DNA of 47,428 nt from Alphaproteobacteria bacterium (GTDB lineage Bacteria > Pseudomonadota > Alphaproteobacteria > JAEULF01): the NCBI GenBank assembly GCA_016793965.1, contig JAEULF010000065.1, positions 1 to 47,428 on the forward strand, in the 5' to 3' direction. Shown here in pieces: positions 8,800 to 18,306 of this stretch; position 1 is the first letter of the stretch, and every line of letters starts with the position of its first letter. The notes under the pieces were generated by a model, which had not been told where the DNA came from, made no database searches, and worked only from the letters and a program-made list of their open reading frames with translations. The translations under genes were made by a program, and so were the position numbers.

Positions 8800-10259
8800 C
8801 GGAGACGATCGCGAGTCGCGCCGATGTGATCGTCCTGGGCGGCGGTCCGGCCGGCATGTGCGCAGCGTCCGCGGCGGCGCGCGCCGGCTCCGACTCGCTG
8901 CTCATCGACGAGAATTCTCAGGGCGGCGGACAAGTCTACCGCGCCCCGCCCGCCGCGTTCGCAGAGACGTCGCCCGGCGCGTTCGGCCCGGATCACGCCA
9001 TCGGCGCATCGCTGCGCCTGGCGCTTGCCGATTCGGGCGCGCGGACGGCGTTCGGCTGCCGCGCCTGGAGCGTCAGCCGGGATGTCGGGGGTGCCGGCTT
9101 CCGCGTCGATGTTTGTGACGACAATGGCCTCAAGGCATGGCGGGCACCCGCCCTCGTGGTGGCGACCGGCGCCACCGAGCGTGTCCTGCCGTTTCCGGGC
9201 TGGACCCTGCCGGGCGTGCATGGTCTCGCTGCCGCTACCGTCATGCTCAAGGCGCAGAAGCTGTTGCCGGGCGAGCGCGTGGCGGTCGCCGGCTGCGGCC
9301 CGCTGTTGCTTGCCGTCGCGGCCGGCATCGCCAAGGCCGGCGGGAAGGTTGCCGGGGTGATCGACCTGGCGTCGGTCTCGGACTGGCTGCGCGTCCTCCC
9401 TGGCGCATTGTCGCGCCCCGACCTGCTGGCGCGCGGCGCCGCCTGGGTCGCCGGCATCGCGGCTGCCGGCACCCCGTACCTGCGACGCCATGCCGTGACA
9501 GCGGCGCTGGGCGACGACCGCGTGAGCGCCATCGCGCTGAGCCCCGTGGCCGCAGATGGTACGGTCGATCGCGCATCGCAGCCGCTGCGGATCGATTGCG
9601 ACGCGCTGGTGATCGGCCACGGGCTGGTGCCCAACTGCGACGTGACGCGCATCCTCGGCGCAACCCACCGCTACGCGCCGGCCGACGGCGGGTGGATTGC
9701 CGTGCGCGACGGGGACATGCGGACCAGCATCCCCGGCCTCTACATGGCGGGCGACGGAGGCGGCATCTCAGGCGCCGCAGCCGCTGCCCTGCAAGGCGAG
9801 CTGGCGGGGCTTGCCGCCGCGCGCGATCTCGGCGCCCTGGCTGCGCAGCGCCACCTGGACCTTGCGGCGCCGCTGCGCCGCCGGCTCGGGCGCGCCATGC
9901 GCTTCGGCCGCGCCATGGCCGGTCTGATGGTCGAGCGCCCGGGCCTCGTCGCGAGCATTCCGGCAGAGACACCGGTCTGCCGCTGCGAGGACGTGACGCG
10001 CGCAGAGATCGACCAGGCCGTCGCGGAGGGCGCCAGGGAGGTGAACCAGGTCAAGGCATGGACCCGATGCGGCATGGGCCCCTGCCAGGGCCGGATGTGC
10101 GGAGACACCGTCGCGGCGGTGGTGGCCCGGCTTGTTGGCGGACGAAGCGCCGCTGGCGCATTCACCGCGCGAGTGCCATTGCGACCCGTGCCGACGGCGC
10201 AGCTCATCGGCAGCTTCGACTATGCCGACATCCCGATTCCGCGACCGGCGCCGCTGTGA
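8796..10259 (+). CDS. FAD/NAD(P)-binding oxidoreductase large subunit (HcnB / OoxA / LhpE-like) with a BFD-like 2Fe-2S domain
   Basis: In-frame GTG at 8796. Motifs VIVLGGGPAGMCAA (GxGxxG), a second dinucleotide fold VAVAGCGPLLLAVA, and the C-terminal CRCEDVTRAEI...CGMGPCQGRMCG. Confidence 0.8.
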   Translation: MTETIASRADVIVLGGGPAGMCAASAAARAGSDSLLIDENSQGGGQVYRAPPAAFAETSPGAFGPDHAIGASLRLALADSGARTAFGCRAWSVSRDVGGAGFRVDVCDDNGLKAWRAPALVVATGATERVLPFPGWTLPGVHGLAAATVMLKAQKLLPGERVAVAGCGPLLLAVAAGIAKAGGKVAGVIDLASVSDWLRVLPGALSRPDLLARGAAWVAGIAAAGTPYLRRHAVTAALGDDRVSAIALSPVAADGTVDRASQPLRIDCDALVIGHGLVPNCDVTRILGATHRYAPADGGWIAVRDGDMRTSIPGLYMAGDGGGISGAAAAALQGELAGLAAARDLGALAAQRHLDLAAPLRRRLGRAMRFGRAMAGLMVERPGLVASIPAETPVCRCEDVTRAEIDQAVAEGAREVNQVKAWTRCGMGPCQGRMCGDTVAAVVARLVGGRSAAGAFTARVPLRPVPTAQLIGSFDYADIPIPRPAPL

Positions 10260-10265
10260 GCCCGC

Positions 10266-11387
10266 ATGACGACCGTCCTTGACGTGGCCGTCGTCGGCGC
10301 CGGGATCAATGGCGCGACGGCTGCGCTATTCCTGGCGCGCGGCGGCATGCGCGTCGCCCTCCTGGACCGTGGCCAAATCTGCCGCCAGGCATCCGGCGTC
10401 AACGCCGGGACGCTGACCATGCAGATGACGCGCCGTGCGCTGATCCCCTTCGCGCTCGAAGCCCACGCGATGTGGGCCTCGGCCGCCGAATGGCTCGGGC
10501 ACGACGTGGGCGTCGTCGTGTGCGACGGACTGTCGCTGGCCTTCACCGACGGCGAGGCTCAGCTCCTGAGCGAGCGCGTCGCCGCTCGGCGCGAGGCGGG
10601 CGCGCCGATCGACCTCGTCGACGGCAAGCGCGCTCAAGCGATCGAGCCCGGCGTCTCCGATAAGGTGCTGCTCGCCGGGCATTGCAAAGTGGACGGCTAC
10701 GCGAACGCCTACCTGACCGGCCTTGCCTTCCGCCGGGCGCTCGAGCGCGAAGGCGTCGCGATCATGGAGAACAGGCCGGTGACCGGGGCCGATCGCGCGC
10801 AAGGCGCCTGGGCGCTGCTAACGCCGGAGGGAACGATCCGGGCCAAGCGCGTCGTGCTTGCCGGCGGAGTCTGGCTCGAGGACATGGCGTCTTGGTTCGG
10901 CTGCGCCATCCCGATCAAGGTGCTGATCAACCAGCTCGCCGTGACGGAGCGCATGCCCGTGGCCATGCGCACGGTGCTCGGCATAGCGAGCGGCCTCTTG
11001 TCGCTCAAGCAGTACCCGCACGGCACGGTCGTCATCGGCGGCGGCTGGCAGGGGCTCGGCGACCGCGTCGCCGGTCCGCGTGCGGTGATCCCCGAGAACC
11101 TGGTCGGCAACGTGCGCCTGGCCTGCCATGCCGTGCCGGCCCTCGAGCGCTCGCGCATAGTGCGCGCATGGCTCGGGCTGGAGGCCGAGACCGCCGACGC
11201 CCTTCCGGCCGTCGGCGCGCTGCCGGGCGTCGAGGACGTCGCGATGGTTGGCAGCATCCACTCCGGCTATACGAGCGGCTTGTCGATCGCTCGCCATTTC
11301 GCGCGCTGGCTGCTCGGCGCCCCCTTGCATCCAGGCATCGCCGCCTTCGACCCGGCCCGCCTCGTCGTCCGTCCAGGAGCTCGCTGA
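10266..11387 (+). CDS. FAD-dependent oxidoreductase subunit (HcnC / OoxB / LhpB / DadA-like)
   Basis: 373 aa with N-terminal VAVVGAGINGATAALFLARGG, of DAO-family length. Confidence 0.85.
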   Translation: MTTVLDVAVVGAGINGATAALFLARGGMRVALLDRGQICRQASGVNAGTLTMQMTRRALIPFALEAHAMWASAAEWLGHDVGVVVCDGLSLAFTDGEAQLLSERVAARREAGAPIDLVDGKRAQAIEPGVSDKVLLAGHCKVDGYANAYLTGLAFRRALEREGVAIMENRPVTGADRAQGAWALLTPEGTIRAKRVVLAGGVWLEDMASWFGCAIPIKVLINQLAVTERMPVAMRTVLGIASGLLSLKQYPHGTVVIGGGWQGLGDRVAGPRAVIPENLVGNVRLACHAVPALERSRIVRAWLGLEAETADALPAVGALPGVEDVAMVGSIHSGYTSGLSIARHFARWLLGAPLHPGIAAFDPARLVVRPGAR

Positions 11388-11390
11388 ACC

Positions 11391-12836
11391 ATGGACACGT
11401 CCTCGCCCGCTCGATCGCCCGAGCCCCGCCGCAACGTCTCCTTGGAAGAGATGGATCGGCAAAGCGTGTTCCACCCGAACACCAACCTGCGCCAGTTCGC
11501 CCATGGCGATCTTGGCGACCCGGTCATCGTCTCGCATGCCGAGGGCATCCGCATCGGCGACCAGAAAGGCAATCGCTGGATCGACGGCTTCGCCGCGCTC
11601 TGGTGCGTCAACGTCGGCTACGGACGGCGCGAGATCGCAGATGCGCTGCATGCGCAAGCCGTCGGCATGGCCTACTACCACGCGCATGCCGGGCATTCGA
11701 GCGAGCCGGTCATCCGCCTCACCGATCGCGTGCTGCGCATGGCGCCGCCAGGCATGAGCAAGATCTTCTGGGGGCTGCAGGGATCTGATGCGCACGAGAC
11801 GCAGGTGAAGATCGCCTGGTACTGCAGCAATGTCCGCGGCAAGCCGGCCAAGAAGAAGATCATCGCGCGCCAGCGCGCCTATCACGGCTTGACCATCATG
11901 TCCGGGTCGCTGTCCGGCCTGCCGCACTTCCACCGCGCCTTCGACCTGCCGCTCGGACCGGTGCGCCACACGATGGCTCCCTACTTCTACTGGCGCGACG
12001 ACAGGGAGATGAGCGAGGCCGACTACGCGCGCCATTGCGCCGCAGAGCTTGACCGGCTGATCGAGGTCGAGGGGCCGGAGACGGTCGCGGCCTTCATCGC
12101 GGAGCCGGTGATGGGCGTGGGCGGCATCCTGCCTCCGCCGGAGGGCTACTGGCCGCTGGTGCAGGACGTGCTTCGCAAGCACGACGTGCTCCTGATCGTC
12201 GACGAGGTCGTCACAGGCTTCGGCCGCCTCGGCGCCGATTTCGCCAGCCAGATCTACGGCATCCAGCCGGACATGATGACGATCTCGAAGGGCCTGACGA
12301 GCGGCTACTTCCCGCTCGCCGGCAGCGTCATCGGCGAGAGGGTCTGGCGCGTCCTGGAGCAGGGCTCGGGCATCTACGGCCCGTTCGCGCACGGCTTCAC
12401 CTATGCCGCGCACCCGCTCGGCGCGGCCGTGGCCATGGCCAATCTCGACATCATCGAGCGCGAGGGCTTGGTGGCCAACGCGCATGCCATGGGCGCTTAC
12501 CTGAACGAGCGGCTGCGCGCGACCTTCGCCGGGCATGACATGGTGGGCGAGGTGCGGGGTGCCGGACTCCTGGCGTGCGTCGAGTTCGTCGCTGACAAGA
12601 GGACGCGCAAGCGCTTCGACCCGGCGCTGAAGGTCGGCCCCCGCCTCGCCGCGGCCTGCCGCGCCAACGGCCTGATCTTGCGCCCGCTGCCGGACGGCGA
12701 CATGCTCGGATTCTCGCCGCCGCTGATCGTGACGCACGCCGACGTCGACGAGATCGTCGAGCGCTGCCGTGCGGCCGTGGCTGGCGAGGTCGACAAGCTG
12801 GTGCGCGAGGGCGCCTGGCGTCCGCCGCTCAACTGA
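11391..12836 (+). CDS. Class III (omega) aminotransferase, PLP-dependent
   Basis: 481 aa. Motifs WCVNVGYGR, AFIAEPVMGVGGILPPP, LLIVDEVVTGFGRLG and TISKGLTSGYFPL (PLP Lys). Confidence 0.9.
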   Translation: MDTSSPARSPEPRRNVSLEEMDRQSVFHPNTNLRQFAHGDLGDPVIVSHAEGIRIGDQKGNRWIDGFAALWCVNVGYGRREIADALHAQAVGMAYYHAHAGHSSEPVIRLTDRVLRMAPPGMSKIFWGLQGSDAHETQVKIAWYCSNVRGKPAKKKIIARQRAYHGLTIMSGSLSGLPHFHRAFDLPLGPVRHTMAPYFYWRDDREMSEADYARHCAAELDRLIEVEGPETVAAFIAEPVMGVGGILPPPEGYWPLVQDVLRKHDVLLIVDEVVTGFGRLGADFASQIYGIQPDMMTISKGLTSGYFPLAGSVIGERVWRVLEQGSGIYGPFAHGFTYAAHPLGAAVAMANLDIIEREGLVANAHAMGAYLNERLRATFAGHDMVGEVRGAGLLACVEFVADKRTRKRFDPALKVGPRLAAACRANGLILRPLPDGDMLGFSPPLIVTHADVDEIVERCRAAVAGEVDKLVREGAWRPPLN

Positions 12837-12906
12837 CGACAGGATTCAGCGTGCTCGCGCCGGCCTGACTGTTCGCAGCGCCGCGATGCGAGCGCAGGAG
12901 GTTCCC

Positions 12907-13860
12907 ATGGTCCCGCGATCTTCCCGCCCCTGGCACGGCATCTACGCAGCGATCATCTGCCCGATGCGCCCGGACTACTCGATCGACGAGCAGGCCCTGG
13001 CGCGGCATGCCGCTGACGTCGCAGGCGTGCCTGGCATCGTCGGCCTGCTGATCAACGGGCACGCCGGCGAGAACTTCGTTCTGTCGCGCGAGGAGAAGCG
13101 GCGCGTCGTGGAAACCTGCGTCGCGGCGGTCGGCAGCCGCAGCATCCTCGTCAGCGGCGTCAACGCCGAGTGCAGCCTCGATGCGGCACTGCACGCGGCC
13201 GACGCCGAGCAGGCAGGTGCCGACGCGGTCATGGTGTTCGGGCCGAACGCATGGGGCCTCGGCCAGGATGACGAGATGGCGGTGCGCCACCACCGCCACG
13301 TGCTCGATGCCACGCGGCTGCCGCTCATGCTGTTCCAGGCCTCGGTCGGCGCCGGCAGGATGGCCTATCCGCCGACGGTGCTCCGCCAGCTGCTGCAGCT
13401 TCCCCGGGTCGTCGCCGTCAAGGAGGGCAGCTGGGAGGTCAAAGCGTATGAAGAGACGCGGCGGCTGGCGGCCGAAGTCGCGCCGCAGGTCGCCATCATG
13501 GGCTCGGGCGACGAGCACTTGTTCACCAGCTACGCCATCGGCAGCGACGGCAGCCTGGTCAGCCTGGCGATCCTGCTGCCCGAGGCTATCGTGGCGCTCG
13601 ACCACGCGGTCAGGCGCGGCGACCTGACCGAGGCGCGCCGCCAGCACGCCATCGTCCAGCCGCTCGCCAAGGTGGTCTACGGCATGGCGCCAGGCTTGCG
13701 TGCGACGGCGCGGCTGAAAGCGGCGCTCCACATGCTCGGGCGCATCCCGCATCCGACTGTGCGGCCACCGATCGGGCCGCTCGATCCGGCGGAGATGGCG
13801 CGGCTTCGCGACGCCCTCGCCGCAGCGGGCGTCCTCGCAGCGGAGCGCAAGATCGCATGA
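12907..13860 (+). CDS. Dihydrodipicolinate synthase/N-acetylneuraminate lyase family protein (DapA-like)
   Basis: Start at the ATG at 12907, preceded by AGGAGG (12896-12901). 317 aa. Motifs GLLINGHAGE and VVAVKEGS (Schiff-base Lys context). Its stop overlaps the next start (ATGA). Confidence 0.8.
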   Translation: MVPRSSRPWHGIYAAIICPMRPDYSIDEQALARHAADVAGVPGIVGLLINGHAGENFVLSREEKRRVVETCVAAVGSRSILVSGVNAECSLDAALHAADAEQAGADAVMVFGPNAWGLGQDDEMAVRHHRHVLDATRLPLMLFQASVGAGRMAYPPTVLRQLLQLPRVVAVKEGSWEVKAYEETRRLAAEVAPQVAIMGSGDEHLFTSYAIGSDGSLVSLAILLPEAIVALDHAVRRGDLTEARRQHAIVQPLAKVVYGMAPGLRATARLKAALHMLGRIPHPTVRPPIGPLDPAEMARLRDALAAAGVLAAERKIA

Positions 13861-14756
13861 CCTTCCGATTGCCAGACCACAGGCGCTTTCCCTACGCGGC
13901 GATCAACCGCAGGCCAGACTACTCCTGGCCCGGCGGCAAGCGGCTCGCCGTCTATATCGGGCTCAATCTCGAGCACTTCGCCTTCGGCGAGGGGCTCGGC
14001 GGCGAGCTCGCGCCTGGTGGTCCGCAACCGGACGTCCTCAACTACGCCTGGCGCGAGTACGGCAACCGCGTCGGCGCCTGGCGCATGCTGGAGCTGTTCG
14101 ACGCGCTGAAATTGCCGGTCTCGGCTTTGGTCAACGCTGCCATCTACGATCACTGTCCCGACCTCGTCGCGGCGCATCGCGCGCGCGGCGACGAGATCGT
14201 CGCGCATGGCCGCAGCAACGCAGAGCGGCAGGGCGTGCTCGACGAAGCAGCCGAGCGCGCGCTCATCGCCGAGACGACGGCGACGATCGCGCGCCAGGAG
14301 ACGGGGCCGCCTGCCGGCTGGCTCGGCCCGTGGATCTCGCAGAGCCGGGTCACGCCGGACCTGCTGCAGGAGGCCGGGTATCGCTACCTCCTGGACTGGT
14401 GCCACGACGACCAGCCGACCTGGATGAAGACACGGCGCGGCCGCATCTTGGCCGTTCCCTATCCCCAGGAGATCAACGATATCCCGGCGATCATGATCCG
14501 CCGCACCGGCGCCGACGCATTCGCCGACATGATCGTCGACAACTTCGACGAGATGCTGGAGCAGTCCAAGGGCCAGCCATTGGTCATGGGGATCGCGCTG
14601 CACGCCTACATCGTCGGCCAGCCATTCAGGCTCCGCCACCTGCGGCGGGCGCTGGCGCGCATTGCTGCAGCCCATGACGAGGTCTGGCTCGCCACCGCGG
14701 GCGCGGTCGCAGCGCATGTCGCGCAACTGCCGGCCGGCACGGTTCCGGACCCCTGA
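13857..14756 (+). CDS. Polysaccharide deacetylase-family protein (PuuE allantoinase-like divergent deacetylase)
   Basis: 299 aa. N-terminal ...WPGGKRLAVYIGLNLEHF... and ...VAHGRSNAE... resemble the PuuE/urate-catabolism deacetylase family. Confidence 0.7.
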   Translation: MTFRLPDHRRFPYAAINRRPDYSWPGGKRLAVYIGLNLEHFAFGEGLGGELAPGGPQPDVLNYAWREYGNRVGAWRMLELFDALKLPVSALVNAAIYDHCPDLVAAHRARGDEIVAHGRSNAERQGVLDEAAERALIAETTATIARQETGPPAGWLGPWISQSRVTPDLLQEAGYRYLLDWCHDDQPTWMKTRRGRILAVPYPQEINDIPAIMIRRTGADAFADMIVDNFDEMLEQSKGQPLVMGIALHAYIVGQPFRLRHLRRALARIAAAHDEVWLATAGAVAAHVAQLPAGTVPDP

Positions 14757-15105
14757 TGCAGAGCGCCGTGCTGCAACGGCTACAGTGCAAGGAGCTCAGC
14801 CGAAGCGGGGCTGCGGTCGTTGATCTTGCTGCGGTCTAGAGAGATGCGGAGGCATAGGATCTCGTGCTGCTGCAACTGGAGGCGGCCCACCATCAGTCGG
14901 TGCCGTAGCGCGAGGTGATGATCGACCCGGAGAGCGGCCCGAGCAGGTCAGAGTCCATCAACTTGCCTTGAGTCCATGAGACTGGGTTCCGCCAGGCGGC
15001 ATTTGCTCGCCGAGCGCGTCAATCGCTGACGATCCAAAGTCACCTCGCTGACTGGCGACCGCCGCGTTGGCCGCGGAACACGAACAGGTTCCCGGAGAAC
15101 GGACG

Positions 15106-15543
15106 CTACGCGCAGCCAACTAATGCCACCGACAGGCTGCGGGACATATCGATCAGCAGTTGGTCCAGGTTCTCCGCCGGGATCGACAGCGGGTCGAACG
15201 CATCGGATTCGCCATGCTTCAATAGGAGCTGGCGTGTTGCCTCTTGATCGGGGACGTACCCCATCGCCCACGAACCGAAGCTGCGCTTGGCTGTTTCCCG
15301 GATCGACATGAGCGTGACGTCCGTGTGGCGCCGATCGGCGCTGATGCGCCGGAAGGTGCTGTTCACCGCCTTGCGCTCGCCCTCCAGGCACTGCATGAAG
15401 TAGTACCCGTTGAAGGCCAGCATGCCGGTGATGTTGTCCGCCGTGTTGTGCCTGCGGGCCGATTCGAGGATGGCGCCGACGTCGCCAGCGCTCCGAACGA
15501 GCGGATCGACCCGGCTCGCATAGACCAAAGAAACCAAAGCCAC
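15106..15543 (-). CDS. Short BLUF-domain blue-light photoreceptor (FAD-binding)
   Basis: 145 aa with a GTG start and an AAGGGGGA RBS. Contains SLVYASR (Tyr8), HNTADNITGML, FMQCLEGE (Gln51), D.RH and FGSWAM (Trp92/Met94). All canonical photocycle residues appear present, followed by a C-terminal extension of about 45 aa. Confidence 0.85.
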   Translation of the reverse strand: MALVSLVYASRVDPLVRSAGDVGAILESARRHNTADNITGMLAFNGYYFMQCLEGERKAVNSTFRRISADRRHTDVTLMSIRETAKRSFGSWAMGYVPDQEATRQLLLKHGESDAFDPLSIPAENLDQLLIDMSRSLSVALVGCA

Positions 15544-15570
15544 GATTTCCCCCTTACCGTAGGTATTCCT

Positions 15571-15633
15571 GTCAGGTGGCGCGCTGACCGGTCGTCACCT
15601 GACTTTCCACCGCCCGAATCATCTGCCGGGCGG
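15571..15633 (-). promoter_or_regulatory. Two stem-loops in the 93-nt cheB-BLUF spacer
   Basis: gtcaggtg...N17 (with inner palindrome gaccggtc)...cacctgac lies at 15571-15603. ccgcccg-N10-cgggcgg lies at 15610-15633, directly 3' of the cheB stop. Neither has a U-run. Confidence 0.35.
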
Positions 15634-15636
15634 CTC

Positions 15637-16707
15637 TCAGATCCGGATCGCACGGCCCTTGGTCGCCGCGAGCCGCAAGATCTCTGCGCCCATCTTGCTC
15701 AGCGGCAGCTCCCTTTCCACGGCGCCGGCTTGGCTTGCTGCCTTCGGCATGCCGTAGACCACGCAACTCGACGCATCCTCGCCGAGCGTCGCTGCTCCGG
15801 CATTGCGCATGGCAAGCAGGCCGTCCGCGCCGTCGCGCCCCATCCCCGTCAGGATCACGCCGATCGACCTCTGGCCGGCCACCCGCGCCACGGAATTGAA
15901 CAGCACGTCGACGGACGGCCGATGGCCGCTGACTGGTGCCCCGTCGCGCACCTCGCAAACGTAGTTGGCGCCAGACCGCGCCAGGCTCAGGTGATAGCTG
16001 CCCGGCGCGATGTAGACGTGGCCAGGCAGGACGCGCGCGCCGTCGCTCGCCTCGCTGACATGCACGGCCGCCATGCCGTCCAGCCGGGCGGCGAAGGTAG
16101 CGGTGAACTTCTCGGGCATATGCTGCACGACCAATGTCGCCGGCGCGTCGGCTGGGAGCGCGCAGATCACGTCGCGCAGCGCCTCGACGCCGCCGGTTGA
16201 GGCCCCGATCGCGACGATCGTCTCTGTCGAGCGATAGCCGAGCGAAGGGGCAATAGCCGGAGCTGATCGGTCGCTTGGCGCCCGCACCTTCGCGCGCGAA
16301 GCCGCGCGGACCTTCCTTACCAGCTCGTCGCGCAGGCCCTCCATGCCGACGCGCAGGTCAAGCTTGGGCTTGGCGACGAAGTCCACAGCGCCCAGCTCCA
16401 GCGCCCTGAGCGTCGCCTCCGCCCCCGATTCTGTCAGCGACGATACCATCACCACCGGCATCGGCCGCAGCCGCATCAGCCGCTCGAGGAAGTCGAGCCC
16501 GTCCATGCGAGGCATCTCGATGTCGAGCGTGATGACGTCAGGAGAGAACGTCTTGATCATGTGGCGCGCGACGATCGGGTCGCTCGCCACGCCCACCACT
16601 TCCATGTCCGGCTCCGCGCCGATCAGCTCGGCCAGAAGCTGGCGTATCAGCGCTGAGTCGTCGACGACAACAACGCGCGTCGGCCGTCCAGGAGCCTCAT
16701 CGATCAT
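15637..16707 (-). CDS. cheB: Chemotaxis response regulator protein-glutamate methylesterase
   Basis: 356 aa. The REC domain has [10 protein letters not shown] and [10 protein letters not shown]. The C-terminal methylesterase has IGASTGG, QHMP and TGMGRDGA. Confidence 0.95.
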   Translation of the reverse strand: MIDEAPGRPTRVVVVDDSALIRQLLAELIGAEPDMEVVGVASDPIVARHMIKTFSPDVITLDIEMPRMDGLDFLERLMRLRPMPVVMVSSLTESGAEATLRALELGAVDFVAKPKLDLRVGMEGLRDELVRKVRAASRAKVRAPSDRSAPAIAPSLGYRSTETIVAIGASTGGVEALRDVICALPADAPATLVVQHMPEKFTATFAARLDGMAAVHVSEASDGARVLPGHVYIAPGSYHLSLARSGANYVCEVRDGAPVSGHRPSVDVLFNSVARVAGQRSIGVILTGMGRDGADGLLAMRNAGAATLGEDASSCVVYGMPKAASQAGAVERELPLSKMGAEILRLAATKGRAIRI

Positions 16708-17363
16708 CGGAACAGCTCCACCGTGCCCTCGACCTGCGCGTCCTTCAATCGCGCGCCGTAGCTCAGCTCCTCGCCGAAGATCTCCATGTCTGGCCGGCGC
16801 TTCAGCTCAAGGCGCTGCACGGTGCCCTTGGCCACGCCGAACAGGATGCGGCGCGGGAAACTGCCGCCCAGATCCTCGGCCGCGACGAAGATCTGCTCGA
16901 CCCGGAGATAGTCGCGGACGAACTGCGCGTTGGCGTCGCCAATCGGATTGCTCGACTTGATGACGTTGGCGCCTCCGAAGATCTTGGCCTCCAGGCGCTC
17001 GCGCCGCCCGCCGGCGGCAAGCACGTCGTTGATCAGCCGCTCCATCGCGAACGTGCCGTACCGCATTTGCCCGGCATCGCCCGTCCTCGCGCCGGCAGCG
17101 TCGAACGGCAGCAGGAAATGGTTCATGCCGCCGATCCCCGCCACGGGATCGCGGATGCAGGCCGCAACGCAGGACCCAAGCAGGGTCGCCAACGTCTCGT
17201 CGGCCGACCCGGACACGTAGTGCTCGCCCATGAGGATGTTCACGACCACGCCGCCCACGTTCGGGTCCCAGTAGCGCCGCGCCGAGGTTCGCGCGACTCC
17301 GGCCTCCGCTTGGCCGCGCCAGCGCTGCAGATCCGCCTGGCGGCGCATTGGGCCCGGACTCAT
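16704..17363 (-). CDS. cheD: Chemoreceptor glutamine deamidase
   Basis: 219 aa. Motifs YWDP...[20 protein letters not shown] (catalytic Cys context) and HFLLP. Its stop overlaps the cheB start (ATGA). The start is either 17363 or the ATG at 17348. Confidence 0.85.
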   Translation of the reverse strand: MSPGPMRRQADLQRWRGQAEAGVARTSARRYWDPNVGGVVVNILMGEHYVSGSADETLATLLGSCVAACIRDPVAGIGGMNHFLLPFDAAGARTGDAGQMRYGTFAMERLINDVLAAGGRRERLEAKIFGGANVIKSSNPIGDANAQFVRDYLRVEQIFVAAEDLGGSFPRRILFGVAKGTVQRLELKRRPDMEIFGEELSYGARLKDAQVEGTVELFR

Positions 17364-17364
17364 C

Positions 17365-18264
17365 TCAGCGCGCCCTGCGGTAAGTGGTCTTGCCCGCTGG
17401 CTCGAACCTGCTCGTCACGTTGAACAGCGCTTCTGAATGGCCGATGTAGAGCCAGCCGCCCGGTGCCAGCATGTCGGCAATCCGGTCGAACAGCTTTGCC
17501 TGCGTAGGCTTGTCGAAGTAGATCACCACGTTGCGGCAGAAGACGGCGTCGAACGGGCCGCGCATCGGCCATGGATCCATCAGGTTGAGCTGGTTGAACA
17601 CGATAAGGTCGCGCAGACCCTGGTCCATGACCGCGCAACCGCGCTGGACGGCGTAGCGGCCGCGATGGGCCGGAGGGATGGATTCGCACTGCCCCTCGTC
17701 GTAGCGGCCGGCAGACGCACGAGCGATCATCTCGGTGTCGAGATCGGTGGCGAGTATTCGGGCGTCCCAGCGCGCCAGGTTCGGCACCGATGCGGCGACG
17801 GTCATCGCGATCGAGTAGGGCTCCTGCCCGGAGGAGCAACCTGCCGACCAGATGCGCAGCCGGTTCGAGCCGCCGGCAGCGTTCTTGGCGACGATCTCTG
17901 GCAGCGCCACCTTGGCCAGATGCTCGAAATGATGCGGCTCGCGGAAAAAGGCGGTCAGATTCGTCGTCAGCGCATTGAGCATGTGCCCGAGCTCGACGCC
18001 TGCAGGCTCGGCTTCGATCAGCTGGCGATACTCAGCCAGGCTGGTGAGGCCGTGGGCACGCAAGCGGCGCGCAAGGCGGCCTTTCACCATCTCAGTCTTC
18101 TCAGGCCGCAATACGATCCCGGTCCGGTCGTAGACCAGGCGAGCGATGAAAGCGACGTGCTCTGCGTCCGGCTCGCGCACGGGCTGGCGGGCACGATCGG
18201 CAGAGCGCAGCCTCGATCCGCTGCCGACTGGCCCACGGCCCGCTCGTGATGTCGATTCAAGCAT
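17365..18264 (-). CDS. cheR: Chemotaxis protein-glutamate O-methyltransferase
   Basis: 299 aa. Motifs TNLTAFFREPHHFE, RIWSAGCSSGQEPYS, FCRNVVIYFD and GGWLYIGHSE. Confidence 0.9.
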   Translation of the reverse strand: MLESTSRAGRGPVGSGSRLRSADRARQPVREPDAEHVAFIARLVYDRTGIVLRPEKTEMVKGRLARRLRAHGLTSLAEYRQLIEAEPAGVELGHMLNALTTNLTAFFREPHHFEHLAKVALPEIVAKNAAGGSNRLRIWSAGCSSGQEPYSIAMTVAASVPNLARWDARILATDLDTEMIARASAGRYDEGQCESIPPAHRGRYAVQRGCAVMDQGLRDLIVFNQLNLMDPWPMRGPFDAVFCRNVVIYFDKPTQAKLFDRIADMLAPGGWLYIGHSEALFNVTSRFEPAGKTTYRRAR

Positions 18265-18306
18265 GACGGCAACTTCTCCGCGACGGTCTCGTGCCCGAGC
18301 CAGAAA

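Noticed and set aside
8515-11387. Calling the 2Fe-2S/FAD/FAD trio hydrogen cyanide synthase (hcnABC).
   Set aside because: The architecture is shared with opine oxidases and heteromeric D-hydroxyproline dehydrogenase. The context here (amino-acid/opine ABC importer, aminotransferase, DHDPS-like lyase) points to catabolism. Nothing in the sequence specifically supports cyanogenesis.
15070-15087. GAAC-containing palindrome (GGAACACGAACAGGTTCC) as an alphaproteobacterial SOS/LexA box.
   Set aside because: The alphaproteobacterial LexA site is a GTTC-N7-GTTC direct repeat. This is an inverted repeat with N8 spacing located downstream of the BLUF stop, so it is more simply a weak 3' hairpin.
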